Below are positions 37,373 to 50,614 of a DNA stretch of 64,000 bases, piece by piece. The notes beneath the pieces are model-generated. The model saw only the letters and a program-made list of their open reading frames with translations, ran no database searches and was not told the origin of the DNA. How positions within the stretch are numbered: position 1 is the first letter of the stretch; the number at the start of each line of letters is the position of its first letter. This DNA comes from the human T2T-CHM13v2.0 reference genome, Homo sapiens. The DNA lies in NCBI RefSeq assembly GCF_009914755.1, contig NC_060927.1; one strand, given 5' to 3'. The translations under genes were made by a program, and so were the position numbers.

Positions 37373-38899
37373 TCAATATTTTTTCTTGCTATACTTCTCT
37401 TTTTTTTTTTTAGTGTACTCTCCAATAGATATGACATTCATAACTATATCCTCAGCTACTTAAATGACTTCCAAAATATTATTTCTATTACTCTTGTAGA
37501 ATTGTATTACTAAATCTAAACAGCTCACCTGGATGTTCAAAGTGTGCTCACACTACAAACTCATCAATGCATCTGAGTTCTCAGTCTCTATTTTGGATGA
37601 CTATCTGCCTACTCACAGAGTGACTCTTTTTCCTTCAGTGACCGCTATATTCTCATCAAATATGGGACTAAGTCCAAGTGACACTACATTCTGAATACCT
37701 TAGAATCTATCTCTTCATCCTTTTCATTATTCCCAACATTATATTACACAGGGATGAGGCCATTTAATTTAATTTTGTGTCATGTCAGTATTTATGTCGG
37801 CATATTATACTGCTTACATTTCTTTTCTGAAGAGTTTTCAGTGACTCCTGTGTATTCTATGTGGTATTTTCCTTACCTCTTTGTTTTTTTCTACAAACAT
37901 TCTATGAAAAAAGGATAAGTGATTAAGGAATCTACCAAAAAATATGGCTTTTACTTTCCAACTAACTTACCATCCATGATTCAAGTGCAGGTTATTTTAT
38001 TTCTTTAATGAACACTTTTACTGTCAAGGAAATTACATGTCACTATTTAAATATGAAATATAAATATTACAAATCAAGTCTATCAGATTTTGTTTTCTGA
38101 AAGAATGCTCACTAATGTGTTGCCGAGTTAATGTTCTAAAGAAAATACTGGACATGTTGCCATCATTTTCAAAATCCCTCAATAATGCTTCAATAATTTT
38201 TCTGTAAATTGCAGTAAAGAACAAACCACTGACTACCCTCTGAGTTCCCTTGGGAGCCTCCCCATGCTGGCTCCCTGAACAAAACTGGCCCTTCCTTGCT
38301 TCTCTCTTTTCATACCTGCCACATTTAACATTATTGTTTCTCCAGTGATCAAGGGTCTTTGATAATCTATGTCCTCCCATGATGAAGGCCTGTTGGATGG
38401 CAAATGTTCACAGGCATCACTTTGTTAGAAATAAAGGCTCCTGAGAGACCCACACAAGAACTACTGAGAGATGATCTGCATTTTGACAGGATCTCTTGGA
38501 AAGTAATAAGCATTATCATTTGAGAAGCACAGAATTAGGGCACCTCCCACTGCAGTCCCTGGCTTTGTTTTATATTGGCTCCTCCCTTGTCCTCTTCCTA
38601 GTAAAATTTCCCATCAGATTTTAGCTTAAAATGGAGGAACTTGGTATATGTCTAAAATTTAAGCTGAAATTTGAATGGGGAAGACAGCTATATTTGGTTT
38701 TGGCTCCTGAATTGCATCTAAAATTTTGGTCTTATTAAAATTATGCTTTGATTACATCAGACAAGACTATACTAATCAAAGCCCTAAGAGTAAATTTCAC
38801 ATATATACTAAAGTTTGAAAAAATATGCCAGAAGTGTCACTTGTGGTGGTAAATAGTGGCATAAAGTGTTATTTCAAGTGTTCAAACTAGAAGTGTCTA

Positions 38900-39289
38900 C
38901 AATGAAATGATGTTTATGATTCCAGAAGTCTGTAATGACCTTTGGGACAACCTGGATTCTCATATGTGTCTGAATTCACAATGCCCACTTGAATGGCTTC
39001 AATTTGTTCTACAGGGAGTCTACTGGCAATCTCATGAGAACTTCAGTTTTTCAGTCCTTCATCTTCTGGCAAAGGTACCCAGTTGCACAACTGGATCACT
39101 TATGTGCTCAAGCCAAATTTTTATAACCAATGGTTTTCTAAGATTCAGAAATGAAGCATCCAAAAAGAAAGAACATGCAGTGAATTGATACAAGTGCTAT
39201 TAACATCACAGTGTTACTGTGTTTTTTTTCTGTTTTAGAAAGTGTAACACGTTTAAAGGATATCCACAATTTCTTTCAAAAATATGGGT
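38900..39289 (+). promoter_or_regulatory. Putative OR5H14 promoter and first exon
   Basis: TAATGA (38933-38938) abutting O/E-like CCTTTGGGA; donor TGG|GTAAGG (GT 39288-39289); colinear with 22200-22585. Confidence 0.5.
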
Positions 39290-41118
39290 AAGGAAGAAAT
39301 AATTTTTGTAATTTTCATTATGCTTTATAGAAATGTTGAAATGCTATTTAATTGATTGAAATTTTTGATCAGGTATACAAGCTGTCAAAATAGCCAGAAG
39401 AAAGTTGGGTAACTATTACTGTACTGTCTTTAGATTTCAGTTTTATGACTATACTATGGATAGGGTAAATAGTTATAAGACTGAATTGTTCCTTTAATGA
39501 TATTGTATTATCTTGTTAATCTTGTTATAATAACTTCATATGATCTAGATCATTAAACAATTAAAACTTGGTTTAAAGGTTCAGATCATAATGATTCTTA
39601 GAATTTCTTGGAATTATTCTGATATAAGTACCCATTCCTTTTAATTAACTACACTCTCTGATTAAAACTTTTAAGATGAGTCACCTACAGATAAACTCCT
39701 GTATCCTTACACCCACATTTGACAATAATTTGACAGCTCACACTGTAAATGTTATTGATGTAAATAAAGGTACCTTTAAGTAGGGTCCTGGTAATTCTGC
39801 CTTGGCTACCTTTGAAACCAAAACCTTTCTGTGTCTCCATATTCCAAATGTAGGATCAGTGTGTTTCATTTGCCATCCTAGATCATGTCCCTTCACTCTA
39901 CAAGTAAGAAGAATGGGAAAATGAGTTTCTAGTTCTTTTGGCTTCTAAAGCAGTAGATAACCTCCAACAGCTGCCAAGTCTTGGATGGCAAAAAAGATCA
40001 CATCTTGGCTATTTACCAGACATATGTCCACTTTGTTACTTCTTCAATATAACTTGCTCCAGTTGACTTTCTTGTCACTCTTTTTGTTTCTTTGTTACTC
40101 TCCAATGGATCATTTTTAACTGTGCCTTTGACTATCACAATAATTCCAAGTAATTATTTCTATTAAGCTCTAACAGGCTCATATTGCTGATTGGATCTCA
40201 CCTAGTTGACCACATGATGCTCACTCCAAGAACTTGCCAGCACATCTGAGTTCCCATCTTCAATAGTTAATGACCAATTACCCAGTCACCAAGTGACTCT
40301 TATCTCCTTTATTACCACTTCTTCCCCACCAAATATGTCACAGAATACTAGAGAATCTACATTCTGGATTCCTTGGAATCTATTTCTTTGTCTTACCATC
40401 TCTTCCAATGTAATATCACACATGGACTAGACATCTAGCATTCATTTGAATCATCTTGAGGGTATTTTTAAATACAGATTTCTAGAACTCATTTCTGAAA
40501 TAATCAATTTCTACATTAAAATCTCACAATCTATATTTTTCATAAAACACCCTCCCAGATAATTTTTATGTGTGATCTGGTTTGGGATTGCTGGAACCTT
40601 AGTAACAAGTTTCTAATTAGTACTCCTTAGTCCAATTTCCCCATCCCGCAGCATATTTTCTACACTATCAAAAATTTTAAAAAATGTTATGATGGCATTT
40701 CCCATCTGAAAGTATTTGGTGCATTCTTATATTACGAAATATAAAGTTTAAGATTCTTCACGTGGCATTTATTTCATCTGGATATTCACTTATCCAGACA
40801 TTTCAAAAACCTATTCCCCAGGACCTCCATTCATGTACCAGACACAGGATTGTTCTACCACATTCAAGACTGTGCCCATAAATTTAGTAAATCCAGAGTA
40901 TGCATATTACTACCAAATTTTCAAACTAAAATATGACATTTTTTTCATTTCTTTAACCCCTTATAGGATTTCTTATTTATAATAATGATCAAAAAATTGA
41001 GTCTCTGATAATTGCACACTTTATATCAACACCTCTTTCCCAATTTCAACTCATAATGTCATTGCAGATGTTCCCTTTCATTTGTTGCATTTTATTTTAG
41101 AGGACATGCAGTGAGGAC

Positions 41119-42051
41119 ATGGAAGAGGAAAATGCAACATTGCTGACAGAGTTTGTTCTCACAGGATTTTTATATCAACCACAGTGGAAAATACCCCTGT
41201 TCCTGGCATTCTTGGTAATATATCTCATCACCATCATGGGGAATCTTGGTCTGATTGCTGTCATCTGGAAAGACCCTCATCTTCATATCCCAATGTACTT
41301 ACTCCTTGGGAATTTAGCTTTTGTGGATGCTTTGTTATCATCCTCAGTGACTCTGAAGATGCTGATCAACTTCTTAGCTAAGAGTAAGATGATATCTCTC
41401 TCTGAATGCAAGATACAGTTGTTTTCGTTTGCAATCAGTGTAACCACGGAATGTTTTCTCTTGGCAACAATGGCATATGATCGCTATGTAGCCATATGCA
41501 AACCCTTACTTTATCCAGCCATTATGACCAATGGACTGTGCATCCGGCTATTAATCTTGTCATATGTAGGTGGTCTTCTTCATGCTTTAATCCATGAAGG
41601 ATTTTTATTCAGACTAACCTTCTGTAACTCCAACATAATACAACACTTTTACTGTGACATTATCCCATTGTTAAAGATTTCTTATACTGATTCCTCTATT
41701 AACTTTCTAATGGTTTTTATTTTTGCAGGTTCAATTCAAGTTTTTACCATAGGGACTGTTCTTATATCTTACATATTTGTCCTCTATACAATCTTGAAAA
41801 AGAAGTCTGTCAAAGGTATGAGAAAAGCCTTCTCCACCTGTGGAGCTCATCTCTTATCTGTATCTTTATACTATGGGCCCCTCGCCTTCATGTATATGGG
41901 CTCTGCATCCCCACAGGCTGATGACCAAGATATGATGGAGTCTCTATTTTACACTGTCATAGTTCCTTTATTAAATCCCATGATCTACAGCCTGAGAAAC
42001 AAGCAAGTAATAGCTTCATTCACAAAAATGTTCAAAAGAAATGATGTTTAG
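41119..42051 (+). CDS. OR5H14: Olfactory receptor family 5 subfamily H, 310 aa
   Basis: Intact ORF with [31 protein letters not shown]; Tyr at position 189 instead of Cys. Confidence 0.95.
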   Translation: MEEENATLLTEFVLTGFLYQPQWKIPLFLAFLVIYLITIMGNLGLIAVIWKDPHLHIPMYLLLGNLAFVDALLSSSVTLKMLINFLAKSKMISLSECKIQLFSFAISVTTECFLLATMAYDRYVAICKPLLYPAIMTNGLCIRLLILSYVGGLLHALIHEGFLFRLTFCNSNIIQHFYCDIIPLLKISYTDSSINFLMVFIFAGSIQVFTIGTVLISYIFVLYTILKKKSVKGMRKAFSTCGAHLLSVSLYYGPLAFMYMGSASPQADDQDMMESLFYTVIVPLLNPMIYSLRNKQVIASFTKMFKRNDV

Positions 42052-43570
42052 ATCATTACTAATATCTCTTTTCTATTTACTAAAATGTCACAAAATTGTG
42101 CAAATTAGAGGTACCTATGTTTTTGCCAGCATTAAAAGATTTTGCAATTATAACTGTCCTAGCGCTTTAATGACCTATGATATAAGCACCTATTTAACTA
42201 ATTAAAATATTCCTATGTTATTCAAAAGGATTTGAGAAATTTTAATCAAGTCTTCATAATAGAATAATGATAGCAGAAGCAAATAAAAATATTGTACAGT
42301 ATGGTATGTTAATCACTGTGTCTTATAAATGCATTAAATGCAAAATAGTCTAGTTTATCTGATAAGCACTTAAGTATGATGTTTTTGATACTAACACAAC
42401 TGTATGACCCGAGACGTCTATCACATTTATCTTCATAGTGAATGTTGATGTGTGTTTAGAGGAAGACAGGTAGATCCCAAGAATTTTGCTAGCTTTCAAG
42501 AGGTCTTTCATTCCACTTAATTGTAAAAGAGTGAATTTCACTTCTTGTAGGAAGTCAACTCATATATCAAATAAAGAAGCAGAAATGGAAATGCAATTAG
42601 GACAAAATGAGAAGTGTTTAACAGTGAAGGCACTGCCAATGTGCAAGAGGGCAAGAGGATGCTGTTAACTCTCTGTGCTTGTATGAGTAAGAACCATGCA
42701 GCCTCTAACTTCCTAAGATGGCTTCTAAGGCACTTTCCAGCTGTGATTGTGTTTTCAGAGAATCTGAAAAGCTTCCCTAAATCAGAAAATTAAATGAAAA
42801 AATAGAACTTAGTTTAAAGTGGGGATAGAAAAGAAAAGATAAATGGCATAGTGGGAAGAAAATGGTCTTAATCTTCCCAGAAAAAAAGATGAAACTACTA
42901 AGATTTTAAAAACCAGTGATGTTACAAGGTTATTGGAATGCGTTATTGACAATCAGGGGCTTTAAATGCATATCATCAAAGTTCAAATTATCTTAAGATG
43001 ATATGACATCATAGTGCCCAGTGATTGGAGAGAAAAACATGAAAATGAGGAAGAGTTCGGATATTTTCTACTTCAAAAAGTCCTTATTAGTCTTCTTCTC
43101 ACTTCATATTCTTGAAGTATGTGAGTCATCCATCTGCCATTCCACTCTGCCCTTCATCTTTCGACACTGAAATTCCTTTCACTTTGTCACTGATACCGAG
43201 ACCCTTATCCTAAGCATTACTCACATATCGTTTTGCAAACCTCTAGTTATTTCCTCCACCCTTCTAGCACTCATTCATTCCCCCATTTTGATGTCAGATT
43301 GTTTTTTCAACTCTTTCAATTTTCTTTTGTTGGATCATCATTGCTACCTGATTATACGTACATGTGTTTTAGGTGTCAATATCTATGTATACATACACTT
43401 ATGTATACATGAGAGGAGAGAAAGGCTTTTGTTGATTTAATGCGGAAGTACGTTAAAAAGAAACTTTTTTGGCTAAAGTGGAGCAGTAGCGTTATTTGGA
43501 TTATTCCAGTAGAAAGTTCCTACTTAGAGGTGAGTTGATGGTTTCTGATTGGTTAAAGTAAACTTTTGTT

Positions 43571-44546
43571 AAGAACCTATCATCAGAGTGAACAGGCAAA
43601 CTGCAGAATGGGAGAAAATTTTTGCAATCTGTCCATATGACAAAGGGCTAATATCCAGAATCTACAAGGAGCTTAAACAAATTTACAAGAGAAAAACAAA
43701 CAACCCTATCAAAATATGGGTGAAGAATATGAACAGACAGTTCTCAAAAGAAGACATTTATGCAACCAGCAAGCATGTGAAAACCTTGTCATCACTGGTC
43801 ATTACAGAAATGCAAATCAAAACCACAGTGAGATACCATCTCACGCCAGTTAGAATGGCAATCATTAGAAAGTCAGGAAATGTTAGATGCTGGAGAGGAT
43901 GTGGAGAAATAAGAACTCATTTATCCTGTTGGTGGGAGTGTAATTAGTTCAACCTTTGTGGAAGACAGTGCGGTGATTCCTTATGAATCCGGAGCCAGAA
44001 ATACTATTTGACTCAGCAATCCCATTACTGAGTATATACCCAAAGCCTTATAAATCCTTCTAATATAAAGACACATGCACATGTATGTTTACTGGAGCAC
44101 TATTCACAATAGCAAACACTTGGAACCAACCCAAAGGCCCATCAAGTATAGACTGGATAAAGAAAATGTGGCAAATATACACCATGGAATACTATGCAGC
44201 CATAAAAAAGAATGAGTTCATGTCCTTTGCAGGGACATGGATGAAGCTGGAAACCATTATTCTCAGCAAACTAACACAGGAACAGAAAACAAAACACTGC
44301 AAGTTCTCACTCATAAGTGTGGGTTGAACAATGGGAACACATGGACACAGGGAGGGGAACATCACAAACTGGAGCCTGTCAGGGGGTGGAGGGGAAAGGT
44401 AGGGAGAGCATTAGGACAAATAACTAATGCATGTGGGACTTGAAACCTAGGTGACGGGTTGATGGGTGTAGCAAAACGCCATGGCACATGTGTACCTATG
44501 TAACAACCTGCACATGTATCCCAGAACTTAAAGTATAAAGAAGAAA
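43571..44546 (+). mobile_element. 5'-truncated L1PA (about 1 kb 3' end)
   Basis: ORF2 C-terminal peptides ([57 protein letters not shown]), G-rich 3'UTR, A tail; degenerate TSD aaagt(a/t)aac..ttt; empty site at about 27045 and 63065. Confidence 0.95.
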
Positions 44547-45032
44547 AAAGTTAACATTTTCTTTACCATTTACTATGAGTTGGGGTTTCTGTGTGCTTAG
44601 GTAGAAACCCATTTTGCTGGAGCCACCTCAGCCCAATGTACTTCAATTTAATTATTTTAACTATTTTCTCCCTTTTGTTTCACTTCTCAATTATAGGATA
44701 CTGACCAACACTCAGGCACATGGAGCACTTTCTCACCACCAGAGCTTGTCTTTGTCTCAGCATGGAACTCATAAGTTACAATTTCTATTCTCTTAAAGCA
44801 GTGTTTCTTTTATTGGACACTTTGTTTTTGCCATGTTAATCATATAGAGAAAATCTGGCAACCGTCATGGCTATGAACTTGCATTTCAGACTCTTGAGAA
44901 AATACAGCATACCAGCAAGATTACAATGATGACCCCTTGAGGAAAATACCAAGGAACTGGGGAGTACTCCATAGTCAAAGCACCCATGAACAAAATCAAC
45001 AGAAATAAAACAAATAAAAGTTAATGGTTATA

Positions 45033-45328
45033 GGCTAGGCACAGTGGCTCACGCCTCTAATCCCAGCACTTTGGGAGGCCGAGGATGGCGGATCGCTGGA
45101 GGTCAGGAGTTCCAGACAAGCCTAGCCAACATGGTGAAACCCCATCTTTATGAAAAATGCAAAAAATTAGCCGGGCGTGGTGGCAGGTGCCTGTGATCCC
45201 AGCTACTTATGAGGCTGTGGCAGGAGAATCACTTAAACCCAGGAGTGGGAGGTTGCAGTGAGCCGAGAAGGCACCACTGTACACCAGCCTAGGGAACAGA
45301 GTGAGACACTGTCTCAGAAAAAGAAAAG
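45033..45328 (+). mobile_element. Alu (AluSx-like)
   Basis: Full-length dimer; TSD aaagtta(a/g)tggttata; empty site at about 27520 and 63555. Confidence 0.95.
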
Positions 45329-46396
45329 AAAGTTAGTGGTTATAGCAATCTATAAACTTAGTATCTAAGCCCAGAGGGCATTTAGTTGAGAAGATTTTTA
45401 GATTTTAAGCTCAAAGCATCTTTTGATGATGGGACAAAATGGCAGTTGCAATCTGTTGATTTTTCTGTTTTGCAGTCTGAATGTCTCTGATTATGTTATT
45501 GGATGTTTTGGTGAACTTTTTAGCAGCCAGCTCAGTTGCATGTATGAAGATTGTCCTCTGAAGTTTATATCAAGTTGTCCAGACCTAGCTTGCAGGGCTT
45601 CAGGAAAAGGGCAATGTATAGGTAGATAAGAAAACTCAAAGATAACAGACAGAACTTGAATTTAATAATGAATGCACTATAATTTTCTACTGAAATATAT
45701 TTTCAAATATTTGAAAATGTTTGACAGATCATCAGCTTCCCAGTGTAGCTTTTGTTTTGTAACTAGGTTAATGAGTTGAAGGTGGATCCCACTGATGAAT
45801 AGGACAAGTATTTTCTATGCCTGAACTCAACATGAATTGACCAGAATGTTTTACAAATCATACTTTTAATTTTGCCTTATAGTCAGAGATTAATTCCTGT
45901 TTTGTTTATAAGATTACATGTCAGACCAGTGGATTTTTGAGGAAATACTTTGTGAATGGATTCTAGAGGATTATTTGTTATTTTCCCAACCCTTTTTGTT
46001 CCTTTTCTGGAAGATTGAGGGGTTGGATCTTTCCTGTCTACCTTAGGTACCTCACGTTTGGCTTCAGCTATAGGATTAACCAGGTTAAAGTATCATGTTA
46101 CTAAATTGATAAAGATCAGGGAGTCCTGGATTATATAATCCTGGAAGAATTCTAAATTCCACAGAAAATGTCTGGCACTTTTGTTTGGGACAAGGATATT
46201 TTTCCCTATTGCTCTCAGCCCAGATTTTGACCAAGGTGTAAAGGTGGTTAAAGAAGGCAGGCCTGGTTCATCTGAGGACGTGACTTTATAAGGCATTTAT
46301 CTAGTTTCCTTTATTTTAATGGGTGAAAATGTAACTGAGCAAAAGGCTTAGTAGATGCAGAGTGACAAGATAGAGTATGATAGAATGAAATATAGT

Positions 46397-47132
46397 TGAA
46401 ACCACCTTTGCAAAAATGATGACAGAAAAATCTCACATAGGAATATTATGACAGTGAATCTGAAATAAGAAAATCAGGCAGTGCTTCTAATCTCCAAGCT
46501 GCCCTTCTTCATTCCTGAGTGTAGGTCCAACTACCTCTGGGAGGAATTTATAGTTTGATTTTGAAACAAAGATGGTAACAGTCTCTCCTCAAAGCAAACT
46601 TCCTCCTAGCTTGGGGATCTGACCACCTTTGTAAAACTCACAGATTATCACAAGATTAGAAATTATGGCTCCTGATCATCATGCAACTGGAGGCCATGGA
46701 ATTCTAACCTTCCTAACTGCTCCCACAGATAATATTCCTATTGTGAAATCTAAGATTGGTGTTCAAGGTATTTTGTAGATCCTGAATTCTGATAAATCAG
46801 CTGGCAACATTCAGAATGGTAAAAGGACTCCTCTAGTTTTGTGACCACCCCCCTGCTGCAGGATCCACAAGAAGACAGTTTTAACCCCTATGATTTTATC
46901 CCCAACACAACCAATCAGCTTTCCTCATTCCTTAGACCGCTGCCCAACAAACCGTGTTTAGAAAACCCTACCCTCTGGATTTTTGGAAAGGGTGATCTGA
47001 GTAATAATAAAACTTGAATCTCCCATTTAGCCAATTCTATATGGATTAAACTCTCTATTGTAATTCCTCTGTCTTGGTAATGGGCTCTATCTAGGTGTCA
47101 GGCAAAAAGATCTCATTAGGTGGTTCCGTACA
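46397..47132 (+). mobile_element. LTR8-family ERV1 solo LTR
   Basis: Starts TGAAACCACCTTTGCAAAAAT, ends in CA, about 735 bp. Confidence 0.8.
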
Positions 47133-49564
47133 GAGAGGGAGCAGTTGGAGTTAAGTCAGTCAATGATCTACACCTAGACTTTCTGGAAATTATATATAAA
47201 CTAATCCGATAGAATGATAGAATGCCATTATGAAGTTATAGTGACAGCACCAACTAGGTGGCAAGGCATTGCAAGATTGTCTTTGTTTTTATTTTTTCCT
47301 CCCCCTGATGTTTGCCTGTTAACATTTCTCAACAGATTTCAGCTCACCTGGAAGTTAGATATATGTCTGGAGTTTCAGCTGCAGTTTGAAGGAGGAGGAC
47401 AATTTTACAAGTTTACTTGGGGTTGCCTTCTGAAGGGAATCTAGATCTTTGGCCTTATTAAAATCATATTTTGACCAGCTCTGATGAGACCATATTAATC
47501 ACAGCATTCAAAGCATCCTATTTTATGTACAAACTGAAGTGTGCGTAAAATCTCAGAAGTGTTATGTGTTGTGGATAATAGTGGCATAAAGTGTAATTTC
47601 AATTGTTAAAACCCAAACTGGGTACAGTGACTTAATATCTATGTTTCTAAACTCTGCAATACCCTGCAGGATAATCTGTATTTCTTATACACATCTAAAT
47701 CCACAATGCCCAGTTGAAGATCTTCACTTTGTCCTACAGGAAAGCCTAAGATGCTCTCAGGGGAATTTCAGTTCTCTGACTTTTTCTCTCCTGGTCAAAA
47801 CGGAGATATACAATTGGTCAGCACTTTTGTTGAAAGCAAATTTTTACAAACATTTTTCTAAGACTGGAAATGAAGCCTCCAAAATGCATCAGTACACAAA
47901 GAATTGCTGCCTGTGTTATTATCAGATATGCTCTATTATGTATTTTTCTCTGCTTTAGAAAGCCTAATACTTTTAAAGGATCTCCATAATTTCTTATGAT
48001 ATTAGTAAAAGAGAAATTATTTTATCATATCCACTATTATTTTTAAAGAAATTTTAAAATGCTATTTAATATATAATGTTTGTATTTGGATCACAGCATG
48101 CTAAGATTGCTGGGAACAAATGGAACCAAGAAGAGTGAAGAATCTTTGTATCTCATTATTATGGTTAAAATCTTGACAAGCAAAATACCTATAAAATAAG
48201 TTTTTAATGATAATTCATTATCTTGTTAACCTGACTATAATGATGTTATAAGTTCTGGCTAATTAGAAGCTTAAATGTTTTAAAGCTGGGTTTAAATCTT
48301 CAATTCATTGTGATTGTTATATAGGATACTTTTCTGATGGTTGTGATGTAGTTTCATTCTCTGTAATCACACTCTCCAATGAAAACTTTTAGGATCTGTC
48401 TATTAAATATTATCTCCTCTATACCTTCACCACTTCTTTCAATAATTTCATTGATTACTTCTTATACATGGTGCATAAATATATAAAGAATTAAATATGT
48501 AGAAATATACATTTTTCATATTGAGCATTTTAGATCTACATGGTAATACTAGTAATAGTTATAGTGTATGTGTATCTATGCATATACCTCAGAAAATATG
48601 CAGAAAATGTACTTCCCTAACCTTGTTAGCATTTATGATTTTAAAAGTACCCCAAAACAAATTGAATTTTACAATTTGTCACTATTTTGTAATTTGGGAT
48701 TGCATGAAAGGAAACCAATGCCTTATAAAAATTTACAAGTGGAATTACTGTCATTTGTTTATTACAATGTTTGTATTAGGATCCAGTCTTTGTCTTACTT
48801 GATTCTGCTAAATCAAAGAAAAAAAACTGACAGAGAAGAAAGTGCTCCAAAATCAGCAACATTTCTTGAGAAATTTAGTTTTAATCACTGTAACAGTAAA
48901 GATAAAGCAACATTTAAATATGGAGTAAACTTTCAGACAATGCCGATATATTCATGAACAGTGGAAAATTGATGGGAAAAAATTATAGTCAAAGTTGTTT
49001 TATAATACACAAATTGCATAGCAAAATAAACTTTGATTTTTTTTTAAAAAGGAAAATGAAAAGACCCCCGGGGCTCTCTGTAGTCTTCACGAACAGCAGA
49101 GTTAATGCACAGATTCAACCCAAGCTCCTGAGCCCTTCCCTCTATTTTGCCTTAGTATATCTCTGACACTTCCTCTCTCTCTTTTTGTGGCTTGTTTTTT
49201 TTACACTTACCCACCTATGACTTCATTATTCTCTGTCTATTTTTCTTCCTCATTCTTGTTGTACTTCACCAACCCACACAAATTTCCCTTATTCCTTTTC
49301 TCCGCTCGACGTCATCTTCTCCTCTTCTCTCAATTGTCTATCTTTACTTTTGAGAACTGTACTTAAATATTCCACAGAAGGAAAAAATATTAAATTATTC
49401 TATGAGCAGTAGACAAATGCCAACTGTTCTCCACATGTCGTAGAGTACTCTAACTCATCCCTTCACCGTTGCGCTGCTTGTCTCCCATTCACTTATTTGC
49501 AGACCATTATTCTATTACGTATGGGAAATGGTTCTCACTAACGCCACTAAAAATCACTTAATTT

Positions 49565-49875
<311 letters not shown>

Positions 49876-50614
49876 AAAAAACAAACAAACAAAAATCCTT
49901 AATTTCTATACACAGTGATTTCCCTTCACTCCTTGTCCTACTAGAGCATTTATTTTGTCATTTTCCCCTATATATCACTTCGTCACACTTCATGTTTTCC
50001 CTCTCTATGTCCACAACACTCAGCTTTTTAGTTCCCTCTGACTTCTTCCCTTCAACACTCTGCTCAGTATCCTTTTCTCTTGTCTCCCTGGTCTCTCTTT
50101 TGAAAATCCCAGGGCTTTGGGTTGCAACAGGAAGTAAGTTATTGAATTGATATTTACCACTGAAATCACAGTGAAGTTGGAGAAGTCAGCTGGACAGTAT
50201 GGCAGCAACAGGAGGAAGCAAAACAGCCAGTCAGCAGCCAAAATCTTATTCCAATAGCAGCTTCATGAGGGCGGTTGTTTCTGCTTCTGTGCTTCCAATG
50301 ACACAGCTTACATTTTCAAAGGCATTGTTCTAGATGCAGGATGCATGTGATGGGATCTTGATATTTTTGCCTCAACTGCCTTTGCACTAAGTTTTTTTTT
50401 GTTTGTTTTTGTTTTTTGTTTTTTTTTTATTCCTTTGCATTTGTCTCCATCTATCTCCAGATCTAGGATGGGTTTGGTAGGAAAATCTAGGTGAAATCCT
50501 TTGTCTGCCACAAAGAGTCATGTAGTAGAAAAGTGTTTCAGGTTTTAGCCATCTCATGGATGACATGCATCCCTTTCATAACCTTTTAACATAAGTATCT
50601 CAAGTGTTTTGTTT

